Assembly (NCBI GenBank): GCA_030265395.1
Contig: JARFYF010000112.1
Location: 18,046,525-18,105,123, forward strand
Direction: 5' to 3'
Length of the DNA stretch: 58,599 nucleotides
Source: Rhina ancylostomus
Lineage: Eukaryota
Shown: one piece after another, positions 49,178 to 58,599 of the stretch
How the letters are laid out: each line of letters opens with the position of its first letter
Position numbering within the stretch: the stretch's first letter is position 1
Position numbers and translations under genes: made by a program
The notes under the pieces: generated by a model
What the model was told of the DNA's origin: nothing
The model's database searches: none
The model's input: the letters and a program-made list of their open reading frames with translations, nothing else

Positions 49178-50524
49178 CAGTGGCATGCAAAAGTTTGGGC
49201 ACCCCTGGTCAAAATTTATGTTATGTGAATAGTTAAGTGAGTAGAAGATGAAATGATCTCCAAAAGTCATAAAATTAAAGATGAAACATTCTTTTCAACA
49301 TTTTAAGCAAGATTAGTGTATTATTTTTGTTTTGTATAATTTTAGAGTGAAAAAAGGAAAGGAGCACCATGCAAACGTTTGGGTACCCCAAGCGATTTGA
49401 GCTCTCAGATAATTTTTACCAAGGTCTCAGACCTTCATTAGCTTGTTAGGGCTATGGCTTATTCACAGTCATCGTTAGGAAAGGCCAGGTGATGCAAATT
49501 TCAAAGCTTTATAAATACTCTGACTCCTTAAACCTTGTCCCAATAATCAGCAGCCATGGGATCCTCTAAGCAGTTGCCTAGTATTCTGAAAATTAAAATA
49601 AATTATGCCCACAAAGCAGGAAAAGGCTATAAGAAGTTAGCAAAGTGTTTTCAGGTAGCCATTTCCTCAGTTCGCAATGCAATTATGAAATGGCAGTTAA
49701 CAGGAACGGTGAAGATCAAGTTGAGGTCTGGAAGACCAAGAAAACTTTCTGAAAGAACTGTTCGTAGGATTGCTAGAAAGGCAAATCAAAATGCCCAATT
49801 GATTACAAAAGACCTTCAGGAAGATTTAGCAGACTCTGGAGTGGTGGTGCCCTGTTCTACTGTGCAGCGACCTTCATGGAAGAGTCATTGGAAGAAAACC
49901 TTTCCTGCGTCCTCACCACAAAATTCAGCATCAGAAGTTGGCAAAGGAACATCTAAACAAGCCTGATGCATTTTGGAAACAAGTCTTGTGGACTGATGAA
50001 GTTAAAATAGAACTTTTTGGCCACAATGACCAAAAGTATGTTTGGAGAAAAAAGGGTGCAGAATTTCATGAAAAGACTGTTAAGCATGGGCGTGGATCGA
50101 TCATGCTTTGAGCGTGTGTTGCAGCCAGTGGCATGGGAAACATTTCGCTGGTAGAAGGAAGAATGAATTCAATTTAATACCAGCAAATTCTGGAAGCAAA
50201 CATCACACCGTCTGTAACAGAAGTTGAAGATGACAAGAGGATNNNNNNNNNNNNNNNNNNNNNNNNNNNNNNNNNNNNNNNNNNNNNNNNNNNNNNNNNN
50301 NNNNNNNNNNNNNNNNNNNNNNNNNNNNNNNNNNNNNNNNNNCCCTTTTCCTTTTTTGTTATTTTGAAACTGTAAAAGATGGAAATAAAAAAAGTAATCT
50401 TGCTTAAAATATTAAAGAAGTGTGTCATCTTTAACTTCATGCCTTTTGGAAATCAGGTTATCTTTTACTTGCTTTTATTCACAGTAACAGAAATTTTGAC
50501 CAGGGTGCCCAAACTTTTGCGTGC
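49178..50524 (+). mobile_element. Tc1 DNA transposon of IR/DR type, defective; transposase starts at 49556
   Basis: TA|CAGTGGCATGCAAAAGTTTGGGCACCCCTGGTCAAAATT left end; inner DR at ~49369-49390; right end AATTTTGACCAGGGTGCCCAAACTTTTGC; GYKKLAK, GRPRK, VLWTDEVKIELFG and VKHG.GSIML motifs; frameshifts; N-gap at 50243-50342. Confidence 0.95.
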
Positions 50525-50990
50525 TGGCATGATTTTCCAGAAAAGAAACTCATCTTATCTACACTGTAGACAAGCTGAGGGAGATAGTTGTCATCCTTGA
50601 TGATGTCATTGAGCCTGTCAGGGTACTCCCAGACTGCCTGTTGCTATCAGTGTTAGCAGCTTCACCACTTAAGCAAATGTAGTGCAAGCTACTGAAGAGC
50701 CATCCTCAGCTGGTGTGAACACCTTTGTCATTGATCCCTTGCCTGCTTGTTCCTGCATGTGGGTAAAGATGCTCTTTGCTTTTTCCATGAACTTCAAGGC
50801 ATATGGTGGTATGTTTAATCTTCCACACACATACATAATCCATTCTCCATCTTCTTCACAAACTACTCCTTGAACTTTATAGGGGTGGTTTTCTATCTCA
50901 CTGGGATTCCTCAAAATTCTTTGATCAACATAGCTAAATTGAAATCTTACCCTATATCCACTTGGCATTCTCTGAGGAAACAAGTTACAT
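50525..50990 (-). mobile_element. Tigger/pogo transposase pseudogene, 5' half (CENP-B-type HTH to first Asp)
   Basis: MEKAKSIF, SGEAANTD, EYPDRLNDIIKDDNYLPQLVYSVD...FWKIMP (cf. Tigger GEAASAD...YLPEQVFNxDETGLFWKRMP). Confidence 0.8.
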
Positions 50991-51505
50991 TTATTTTTTT
51001 ATGCCTATTATATTGTTTTAATCCATTAATAAAATTATTTATCACATTTTAAATTTTGTTTTTGTGACAATATCAGATTATGCAACTTCAGTAATTTAAG
51101 ACTGACTCTTTTTCTGCATTTCCTGTATGATAACATTCTGCATGGTTTGTTCTATTTTGTATAGCCACGTGACTGAGGATCATCCAATCTGCTGGATTAG
51201 AGTGAGTTGCAGTAATTCTAAAATTACAAGGATCTCCTGTGAAACACCTGCAACTACAATAAAATATGTTACTGAATTCTCATTAGACCCACAACAATAC
51301 TGCAATTGAATCTCATTGGCTGAGTGAACATGTTCAAGATGGCTCTGTTCAAAAAGCAGGCTGGATTGATATAACACACTGGTGAACTGTTAAAATGATA
51401 ACTTTAAACTATTTTGTTTATTTTATTTTTTTTTCAGAACATTTCTTCCTAGTCAATAATGGTATAACGAATCAGTGCTCTGCAAGGTTAGCACAAAGTG
51501 TACAC

Positions 51506-51641
51506 TAGTGACATTTGGCATTAAAAGACAACATCTGAGCCTGATCACATCCTCTTAACTGATCCACATACACTTCTGATCCAGGTAAAAGGATTGCCAT
51601 TGGTAGAGATAAACTTAGTCAATTTCTCTTCCCAGCTCAAG
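51506..51641. repeat. Local direct duplication, copy 1 (~136 bp)
   Basis: Near-identical to 52107-52243 with scattered substitutions and small indels. Confidence 0.9.
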
Positions 51642-52106
51642 CATAAAATAAATAGTGTTATTCATTTATTACCATTTCATTTGTGAACTTACCTTCACGT
51701 TTGAAATTTGCCTGTCCCTGGTAAACAACATTTTCCAAATAAACGTATGTTATATTTAGTTTGTATATTTTAGTGCATCAACAAATTTACTGATTCAGAT
51801 TGTTTCAATGAGATATCATAATTCACTCTAGATACCCAATTTGATCTCTTTTCAGACACTGTAGCTGCATAAGATAAATATACTATTTTGCCAACTCTGG
51901 GGTCTTTTCCTGATCAATAATGGAAACATAGGGAAAGGAACAGCATGTGATCCTTCAATCAGACATCAAATATATGTGGTATGACAGCTTTATAATTACT
52001 TTTTGGCAATATTCTCACTTCCTCATTTAAATGTTTTTTGATGTACAGTTTCAAAAAGAAAAAGTTAATCTCTATAGCCTTATCATTATTCACCTGTAAA
52101 CTTTAA

Positions 52107-52243
52107 TAGTGAAATTTGGCATTAAAAGACACAACATCTGAGCCGATCACGTCCTCGTAACTGGTCCACATACACTTCTGATCCAGGTAAAAGGACTGCC
52201 ATTGGTAGGGATAAAACTAGCCAATTTCTCTTCCCAGGTCAAG
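52107..52243. repeat. Local direct duplication, copy 2 (~137 bp)
   Basis: Near-identical to 51506-51641. Confidence 0.9.
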
Positions 52244-52261
52244 GGAAAATCTGCAAATTTC

Positions 52262-53005
52262 ACTGAGGTAGATCGGCTGGTTGAGTCATGTCACAACAAC
52301 AACCTCGCACTCAACGTCAGCAAGATAAAGGAACTGATTGTGGACTTCAAGAAGGGGAAGTTGAGAGAACAAACATCAGTCTTCATAGAGGGGTCAGTGG
52401 TGGAATGAGTGAGCAGCTTCAAGTTCTTGGGCATCAACATCTCAGAAGATCTATCCTGGGACCAACACATTGATGTAATCATGAAGAAGGCATGCCAGTG
52501 GCTCTACTTCATTAAGAGTTTGAGCAGATTTGGTATGTCACCAAAGCCTCTTACAAATTTCTATAAATGTATGGTGGAGAGCATTCTGACTGGTTACATC
52601 ACAGCCTGATATGGAACGTCCACTGCACAGGATCACAAGAGGCTGCAGAGGGTTATAGACTCAGCCAGCTCCATCACACACACAACCCTGCCCACCACTG
52701 AGGACATCTTCAAGAGGAGGTGCCTCAAGAAGGCAGCATCTATCATTAAGGACCCTCACCATCTGGGACATGCCCTACCATGAGGGAGGTGGTATGGAAG
52801 CCTGAAGACCCACACTTAACGATTCAGGAATAGCTTCTTCCCCTCCATCATCAGATTTCTGAACGGTCCATGAACACTACCTCATTATTCCTTTTTTTGC
52901 ACTATATTTTTGTAATTCATAGATTTTATGCCTTTGCACTGTACTGATGCTGCAAAACAACAAATTTCACATCATATGTCAGTGATAATAAATCTGATTC
53001 TGATG
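52262..53005 (+). mobile_element. Rex1/Babar LINE, 5'-truncated
   Basis: NNLALNVSKIKELIVDF, SFKFLGINISEDLSW, NFYKCMVESILTG; 3' tail GATAATAAATCTGATTCTGA. Confidence 0.9.
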
Positions 53006-53094
53006 TTTATCACACATTAGGAATTAAACCTAAGATATTCCCAATCTGTGTATTTTGACAACTAATTTACAAGACTTGCTGATTGATCAGAGAG

Positions 53095-54830
53095 TCCATC
53101 ATGGTAAATGGAAAACCAAAAATAATTTGCTAGAATACTTTGCGATATGGATGTTATTTCTCAAGTCAGGGAAGTGCTGAATACATTATTAAGGAAGAAG
53201 TAGCAGGATACTAATCCATAATAGGATTAGGCAGAATCAACATAGGGATATCATTCTTGACAAATTTTGTCAGAGATCTTTGACAATGTAACTTGCAGGG
53301 TGGATAAAGCAAGGTGGTAGATATTGTAAAACTCTGGTAATCCATCACTTGATTGCTCAGAAATCCTGCTGGCCTGGAATCAGACTCACTTATTAGTCTA
53401 GAATGGGAGCTAGAGTCCAGAGTTCAAGCAGGGTGTGCAGCCAGATTCGAAGGTCTGGAGTGCAGCTGGCATCAGAGGTCAGATTGTGGGCTAGCTGTGC
53501 GGCCGATGGCTGCGTTGGGATCTGGAACACCCAAGGTCAGGAACTTGGGTAGATTTGTATTTCATGGTATAGTCCAGATTGCTTGTATTTTTCCTGCCCC
53601 CTTTAAATTCACTGGGTTCACTGCAAAGTTTATTATATTAATGTATAACATGTAAACAAAAGTGAAATAAATGTGTTTAGGTATCGACAGGAAATGCATC
53701 AAAATAGTCCAAAAATCTGCTAGTCCAGCATGACCAAAGTTTTATGGTTACCAGATTTCTGGAGTATTACTGCCTTTTAATTTCTACAAAATGTTATACA
53801 ATAAGGGCTCTTATAAAGGTGACATTATCATGGACTGAGAACTGGTTAAGTGGCAGAAAACACAGGGTAAGAGCAAACAAGTCATTTTCAGGTAAGGAAG
53901 CTACAACTGTTGGAGTGGCAAAAAGATCAGTGTTGATTTTCTTGGTTCTTGACAATTTGTATTTGTAATTTAGATAAAGGAACAACTGTATTTTTCTAAA
54001 TTTGCTGACGGTGCAAAATGGCAAAAAAGGTTGCAAGGACTCAAAAAGTCTGTAACTGAATGCAGGTGGACTAAATATGTAAACAGATGAAAAATGTGAG
54101 GAAATGCTAGGTTATCTACATTGTTCAAAAGAACAGAGAAGCAAAACATTATTGAGATGGGGTGAGACTAATGAATACCAGTGTTCAGCTATCCAGATGT
54201 CACACAAGAAACAGCATGAGGTACAACGTGACACTAGGAAGGTAAACTGCAAGATAAATGGAAGGCAAAAGTAGGGAAAACTGGCGACAACTATACAAGA
54301 GTTTGGTGAGATCACACCTGAAATACCACACACAGTTTTTTGTCTCCTTTTTAAAGGATAAACTTGTCATGGAGGCAGTGCAAAGAAGGTTCATTGGATT
54401 GATCCCCAGGAAGAAGGGGGTTTCTTGTATGGAAGGATGAGCATATTGGATGTACTCAACAGGGTTTAGAATCATGAGTGGTAATCTTATTGAAACAACT
54501 GGTTCAGCATGGTTTGACAGGGTAGATGCTATGAGGATGTTACTACTGATGATGAAATCTAGAACTTGGGGCCATTGTCTGAGGATAAAGGGTCGCACGT
54601 TTAAGATTGAAATGAGGCCGTTTATTTTTCCAAAGAGTGGTGTGTTAATCACTAGAACGCTCTACTCCAGAGGACGGTGGATGCTGAGTCATTATGTGTA
54701 CTTAAAGCTAATATATGTGGATTTTTGGACTATAGGGGAATCAAAGGTTATGGGGATCCGGTAGGAACGTGGAATTAAGGTCAACGATTAGTTCCCCCCA
54801 CGCTGTTATTGAATGACAGAGCAGGATCGA
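53095..54830 (+). mobile_element. Old CR1 LINE fragment interrupted by a MITE
   Basis: WTENWLSGRKHRV, KFADG, LYKSLVRSHLKY, EAVQRRFIGLIP, SRTWGHCLRIKG. Confidence 0.8.
53324..53772. mobile_element. Tigger-like MITE nested in CR1 (family of 5374-5627)
   Basis: Ends GTAAAACTCTGGTAATCC ... CCAGATTTCTGGAGTATTACTG resemble the TIRs at 5377/5627; CR1 homology resumes on both sides. Confidence 0.55.
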
Positions 54831-55269
54831 AGTTGTTCTATAAATCACCGGATATCTCTGGAAGCTAAATTCCAACAGTGCAGTTTTTTTTAAATGTCCC
54901 GACTAATGCAATTCATTTCGCAAGAAGGGCAAGGTTTCGTTCTGAAATCCAAGCTGGAAAGTGAAACTGGATGAAAGGCGCTGTTTAAAAAGAAACAACG
55001 CACAACATCCTTTCAGTTGGGGCAGTAAACAAAGCCACACACGAGATGTGATCCACACCAATCCCGATGGGCGCGGGGGAGCCCAAGCAGCTACATGCGG
55101 ATGCACATGATTAAAATTACATTTAAAATGTATTTATAGACAGGCTACGGGTTACAAAACAGGCCCGATTCCCCATCCAGCCCCTGATCAAACCGAAAGT
55201 ACAGGCTTTGACGCAGAAACATTTTGTTCCCTCTCCCTCTGCCCCAAGTGAAAATCCTCACTGGTTGGC

Positions 55270-55690
55270 AGGAGGCGCTAAACGTCAGTTAGTTGGCCCG
55301 ATGGCCTGACCCCAGCGGGGGATCGGTACCTGTTTCAGCCGCCGCACATTCTCCGGACGTCCAGCCGCTCCGTCTCCGGCTCCGCTCGCACTCCCCGCGC
55401 TGCAGCTCCCCACAACCTGCCGCAAAGGCGTGCTCCGTCTGTCGCAAAAGGTGCGCGCTCCCGCCTCGCCGGGGTTTCTCAGACGGGCTGGCAGGGGCGC
55501 CGGCTACCGTGCCCGCAGGGACGAGCGAGGCTGCGCCGGGTGGTTTACTTGGGCAACAAGTCAATCAGGGAGCCTGGGTGGCTCGGGGATGAGTGAGTGA
55601 GGCTGTGCCGGACCGGTTGGGGAGGTAATTTCGCGGGCACTGCGCCCGTAGTATTTTTCCAACGCTGCGGGTGGGGTGTCGCACCAGACG
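55270..55690. promoter_or_regulatory. CpG-island promoter of MARF1, possibly bidirectional
   Basis: Abrupt rise in GC and CpG; E2F-like TTTCGCGG at 55629-55636; lies ~11 kb upstream of exon 2. Confidence 0.8.
55330..55440 (-). other. MARF1: MARF1 non-coding exon 1 (5' boundary approximate)
   Basis: GC-rich sequence ending GCGGCGGCTGAAACAG|gtaccg, donor at 55329, inside the only CpG island of the window. Confidence 0.7.
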
Positions 55691-55956
55691 CTGAAGCAAT
55701 CACCCTATTCCGAGCCATGTAATGGGAAGAGATTACAGGGCAGACAGGGAAAAAAAGATTTCAACGAAAGCCTTGATGAAGAAGTCGCACATACCCACTG
55801 ACCTAGGAGCCAAGAGTGCTCAAAGTGGAGAAGGGCATTCGGAGAACCTTGAAGCCATGCATTGGGAATGCACAGAGAGGCCCATCTAATGTGGGGGAAG
55901 GAGCAGACCACCTCACGAACGACCTGCCCCACATTGGCCTCATTAACCACCTCAGG
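55685..55956 (+). mobile_element. RTE-clade LINE 3' fragment
   Basis: Remnants of typical RTE C-terminal blocks: AAAGCC-TTGATGAAGAAGT...ATACCCACTGAC, CTCAAAGTGGAGAAGGGCATTCGG, CACATTGGCCTCATTAACCACCTCAG (IGLINHLR). Confidence 0.6.
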
Positions 55957-56014
55957 AAGTAAGTCATCCTCGATCCTGAGGGACTGCCTGAAGAAGAAAG
56001 TTGGGTGACGAGTC

Positions 56015-57005
56015 CATGCTGGACCGGTTAGTTAAGCAATGGGTGAGTCGGGGGCCAGTTAGGTAATGACTTAATGTGAGGTTGGGCAGTTTAGTAATGT
56101 GTTAGTGAGTAAGCAAGCGAGTAGATCTATGCTGGACCGTTCAGTTAGGTGACGAGTGAGTTGGGTTGTGCTGGACCAGACCAGTTAGGTAGGGAAAGAG
56201 TTTACATGGACAGTCAAGTAACGTGTGAGTAAGCAAGCGGGTGAATCGGTGCTGAACCAGTTAGCTAGGTAATGACTAAGTGGGACTGTTGGACCAGATG
56301 GATTAGTTAGGTAATGACTGGGTTGGCTAGTTAGTGGGGTTGTGCTGGTCGAAATAGTGAGTGGAGCTGTTTAATGAGGGTGGGAAGCTTTGAATTTTTT
56401 AAATTAGGAAGGGCAAGAGGCAGTGCCACACCTCTTACCAAGTGTCTGTGTTGTACCATTAGTGAGCAGGACTGAACTGAATAGGTAGTGAAGGGGCTGT
56501 AAGGTCTTGACAAGTTAGTGAGTGGGAGCATTTTGTACTGTTCAATAAAGGAGCAAGGATGAACCATACTGCTTAGTGACTGAACGAAGCTGTTCTGCGC
56601 TGTAAAGTCAGTGGATCTGCACAGTAGTGTTTAGTGATGCTTTTAACTGTATATTTTGTTTTAGTGAGTTAGAGTCAGTGAGTGCCAATACTATTCTGAA
56701 TTGGTTAATGAGTGGGTCTGTTCTGTGTTGGTTGCTTAGTAAAAATCATGGTGAATGGCACTATGTACCCAGAACACAACTGCTGGAGGATCTCAGTGGG
56801 TCAAGCACCATCTGCAGAAGCAAAGGGATGGTCGATGTTTCAGGTTGTGACTCTGAATCAGTTCCTCCAGCAGTTTGTTTTTTGTACCAGATTCCAGCAT
56901 CTGCTGTCTCTTCTGTCTCCATTTTACTACTCTGTATCTACTTATTTAGTGAGTTGGATGGAGTGGGGCTGTTCTGTATTGGTTAGCTAGTGGGGAACTG
57001 TTCAG
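56015..57005 (+). repeat. Degenerate GT-rich minisatellite-like region
   Basis: Recurring GCTGGACC...AGTTAGGTAATGACT and TTAGTGAGTGGG...CTGTTCTG motifs; interrupted by a Penelope-type remnant at ~56770-56920. Confidence 0.6.
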
Positions 57006-57633
57006 TATCATCCGCTAATGATTGAGCCAGAGGAGTTGCTGTGTAAAAGAGTTGAATGGAGGAGGGAAAATGTTTCAAAAAAAGTTCAAAAATTTTAATT
57101 TGGAGGGAACTTTGACTTAATCAGATCTACATCTGATTGGGGAAAAAATTGAGTTTATTTGTGGGAATAAATCATTAGAGAAAAAAATGGGTAGTGTAGA
57201 TGAATACATTTGCATAATGAAGTGCTGAAAAAGGTCTGAGTAAAAGCATAATAAATGTAATTGGACATATTTTAACTAATGGGGAGGATGTTCAAGTATG
57301 GTTAAATTTAAGCCAGCTAGTTTTGGAGCAGAGTAGAGTTTAGGGTAGGGTCAAACATTGTGGTTTTAACAGAGCATTTATTAACGAAGGCCATGACAGG
57401 AGAAAAATCGAGTTCCATTTGAAGAAAATGCATCAAAATGGACTAATTGTTCTGAACAAGATAGATTAATGATACAGAAAGATAAATAATTTTGATCAAG
57501 CAACCATTACTGCTCTGTAATTGCAGTATGAGCAATTTTTGAGAACTGAATAATACAATTTACTTATGTAGGAATGATAAAATTGAAAAACTTATGGGGT
57601 GGTCTCAATAATAAAGGTTCCCATTAAGATTAT

Positions 57634-57782
57634 TTTTTATTTTTATTTACAGCGTGGTAACAGGCCCTTCCGGCCTAACGAGTCCGTGCCGCCCATTTTT
57701 TTTTAAAACCCCAAATTAACCTACCCATACGTCTTTAGAACATGGGAAGAAACTGGAGCACCCAGAGGAAACCCATGCAGAC
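57634..57782 (-). mobile_element. Young SINE 3' portion (A-rich tail on the minus strand)
   Basis: TTTTTTATTTTTATTTACAGCGTGGTAACAGGCCCTTCCGG...GGAGCACCCAGAGGAAACCCATGCAGAC, CpGs retained. Confidence 0.65.
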
Positions 57783-57789
57783 GCTTTGG

Positions 57790-58550
57790 TGAGGAGGCAG
57801 CCTAGAAAATCAGGACCTAGACTCAAAATGTTAGAGCTTGGAAATAAAAAGGCAGAAGCTGCAGATTTCTGGATCACTGGACTGGTTCTAGGGAAGGTAG
57901 GATGTGTTTAAAAACAGGAGGGGTTGCTCCTGAACCAGAATGGGTCCAACAACTTTTTGTGTAGGTTTGCTAGTTTTGGGGAGAGTTTAAACTAATTTGG
58001 CAGGGGAATGGGACTTGGAATAGATGCATAATTGGGGTACAGCCAAATATAGATGGGACGCTAAGTCAGTCCAGCAGGCACAGAAAGTAGGGGTGTGATA
58101 AGGCACATGGGAAGAATGGAAAGCTAACTTGCATCAATTTTAATGCAAGGAGTCAGATTAGTAAGGCAAATGAACTGAGAGTGTTGATTGCCACTTGGGG
58201 TAATGCTACTGTTGCCATTACAGAGATGTGGTTGAAAGAAGGTCAGGACTGTCAAATCAATGTTCCAGGGTGTAAAAGGAGAGTGTTGTAAGAGAGGAGG
58301 TGGCATTGCAATATTGACTGAGGACTCCATTGCTGCAGTACTGAGGGAGGATATCCTAGAAGGCTGTTTAATTGAGGTCTTATGAATAAAGCCTGGGATC
58401 AAACAGAATGTGGTCACTTTGCTGGGGAGAGATGACAGTCCTCCAAACAGTCATCAGGTGGTGGAATAGCAGATAATTAGAAAAATTGCAGAGGTGTCAA
58501 AGTAATTAGGTTGCAGTAGTAGGTGATTTCAATTTCCCTAATAGTGAGAG
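57790..58550 (+). mobile_element. CR1 LINE, ORF1 end and ORF2 endonuclease start, decayed
   Basis: FRFLDHW...EGLLLNQNG (ORF1 esterase-like), CINFNARS, VAITEMWL, GGGIAIL, VVVGDFNFP (APE domain). Confidence 0.8.
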
Positions 58551-58599
58551 TTCCCACTCTGAACTCTCTTGTTTAGCCCCCAACATTGCTTCGACAAAG

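Noticed and set aside
50669-50983. 104-aa ORF as a novel nested gene
   Set aside because: Explained as a frameshifted piece of the Tigger transposase N-terminal region.
55289-55592. ORFs of 91 and 99 aa in the CpG island
   Set aside because: Ala/Pro/Arg-rich open frames are expected from high GC; no family resemblance.
55270-55700. miR-484, which lies at the mammalian MARF1/NDE1 promoter
   Set aside because: No match to the mature sequence as I recall it (TCAGGCTCAGTCCCCTCCCGAT) on either strand.
56015-56350. Repeat-spacer array
   Set aside because: Motifs are degenerate with irregular spacing; consistent with a decayed minisatellite.

Overview
Eukaryotic, AT-rich vertebrate genomic DNA. 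The repeat content (CR1, Rex1/Babar, RTE, Penelope, Tc1, Tigger, tRNA-SINEs) suggests a cartilaginous fish, probably a ray or skate; this is inference. The window holds one essentially complete protein-coding gene on the minus strand, MARF1 (limkain-b1/KIAA0430). I traced 27 exons by hand with GT-AG junctions: a non-coding exon 1 in a CpG island at ~55.3-55.7 kb, ATG at 44288 and stop at 2035. The protein is ~1720 aa with an NYN ribonuclease domain, two RRMs and an array of OST-HTH/LOTUS domains. Phases are consistent except across an N-gap in exon 25. Introns are filled with decayed transposons. The most notable observations are (1) a dense uAUG/uORF cluster just before the start codon, including an overlapping uORF and a start-stop element; (2) an in-frame internal 5' splice site in exon 3 resembling the mouse oocyte/somatic isoform switch; (3) an unexplained, hairpin-rich block in intron 4 with a palindrome covering a cryptic donor, a candidate regulatory or poison exon; (4) an IR/DR Tc1 element nested in a Tigger/pogo transposase; (5) a ~136 bp local duplication in intron 1. 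I found no prokaryotic-type system (CRISPR, operon) and cannot claim a new biological system; the regulatory candidates need cross-species alignment and RNA data.
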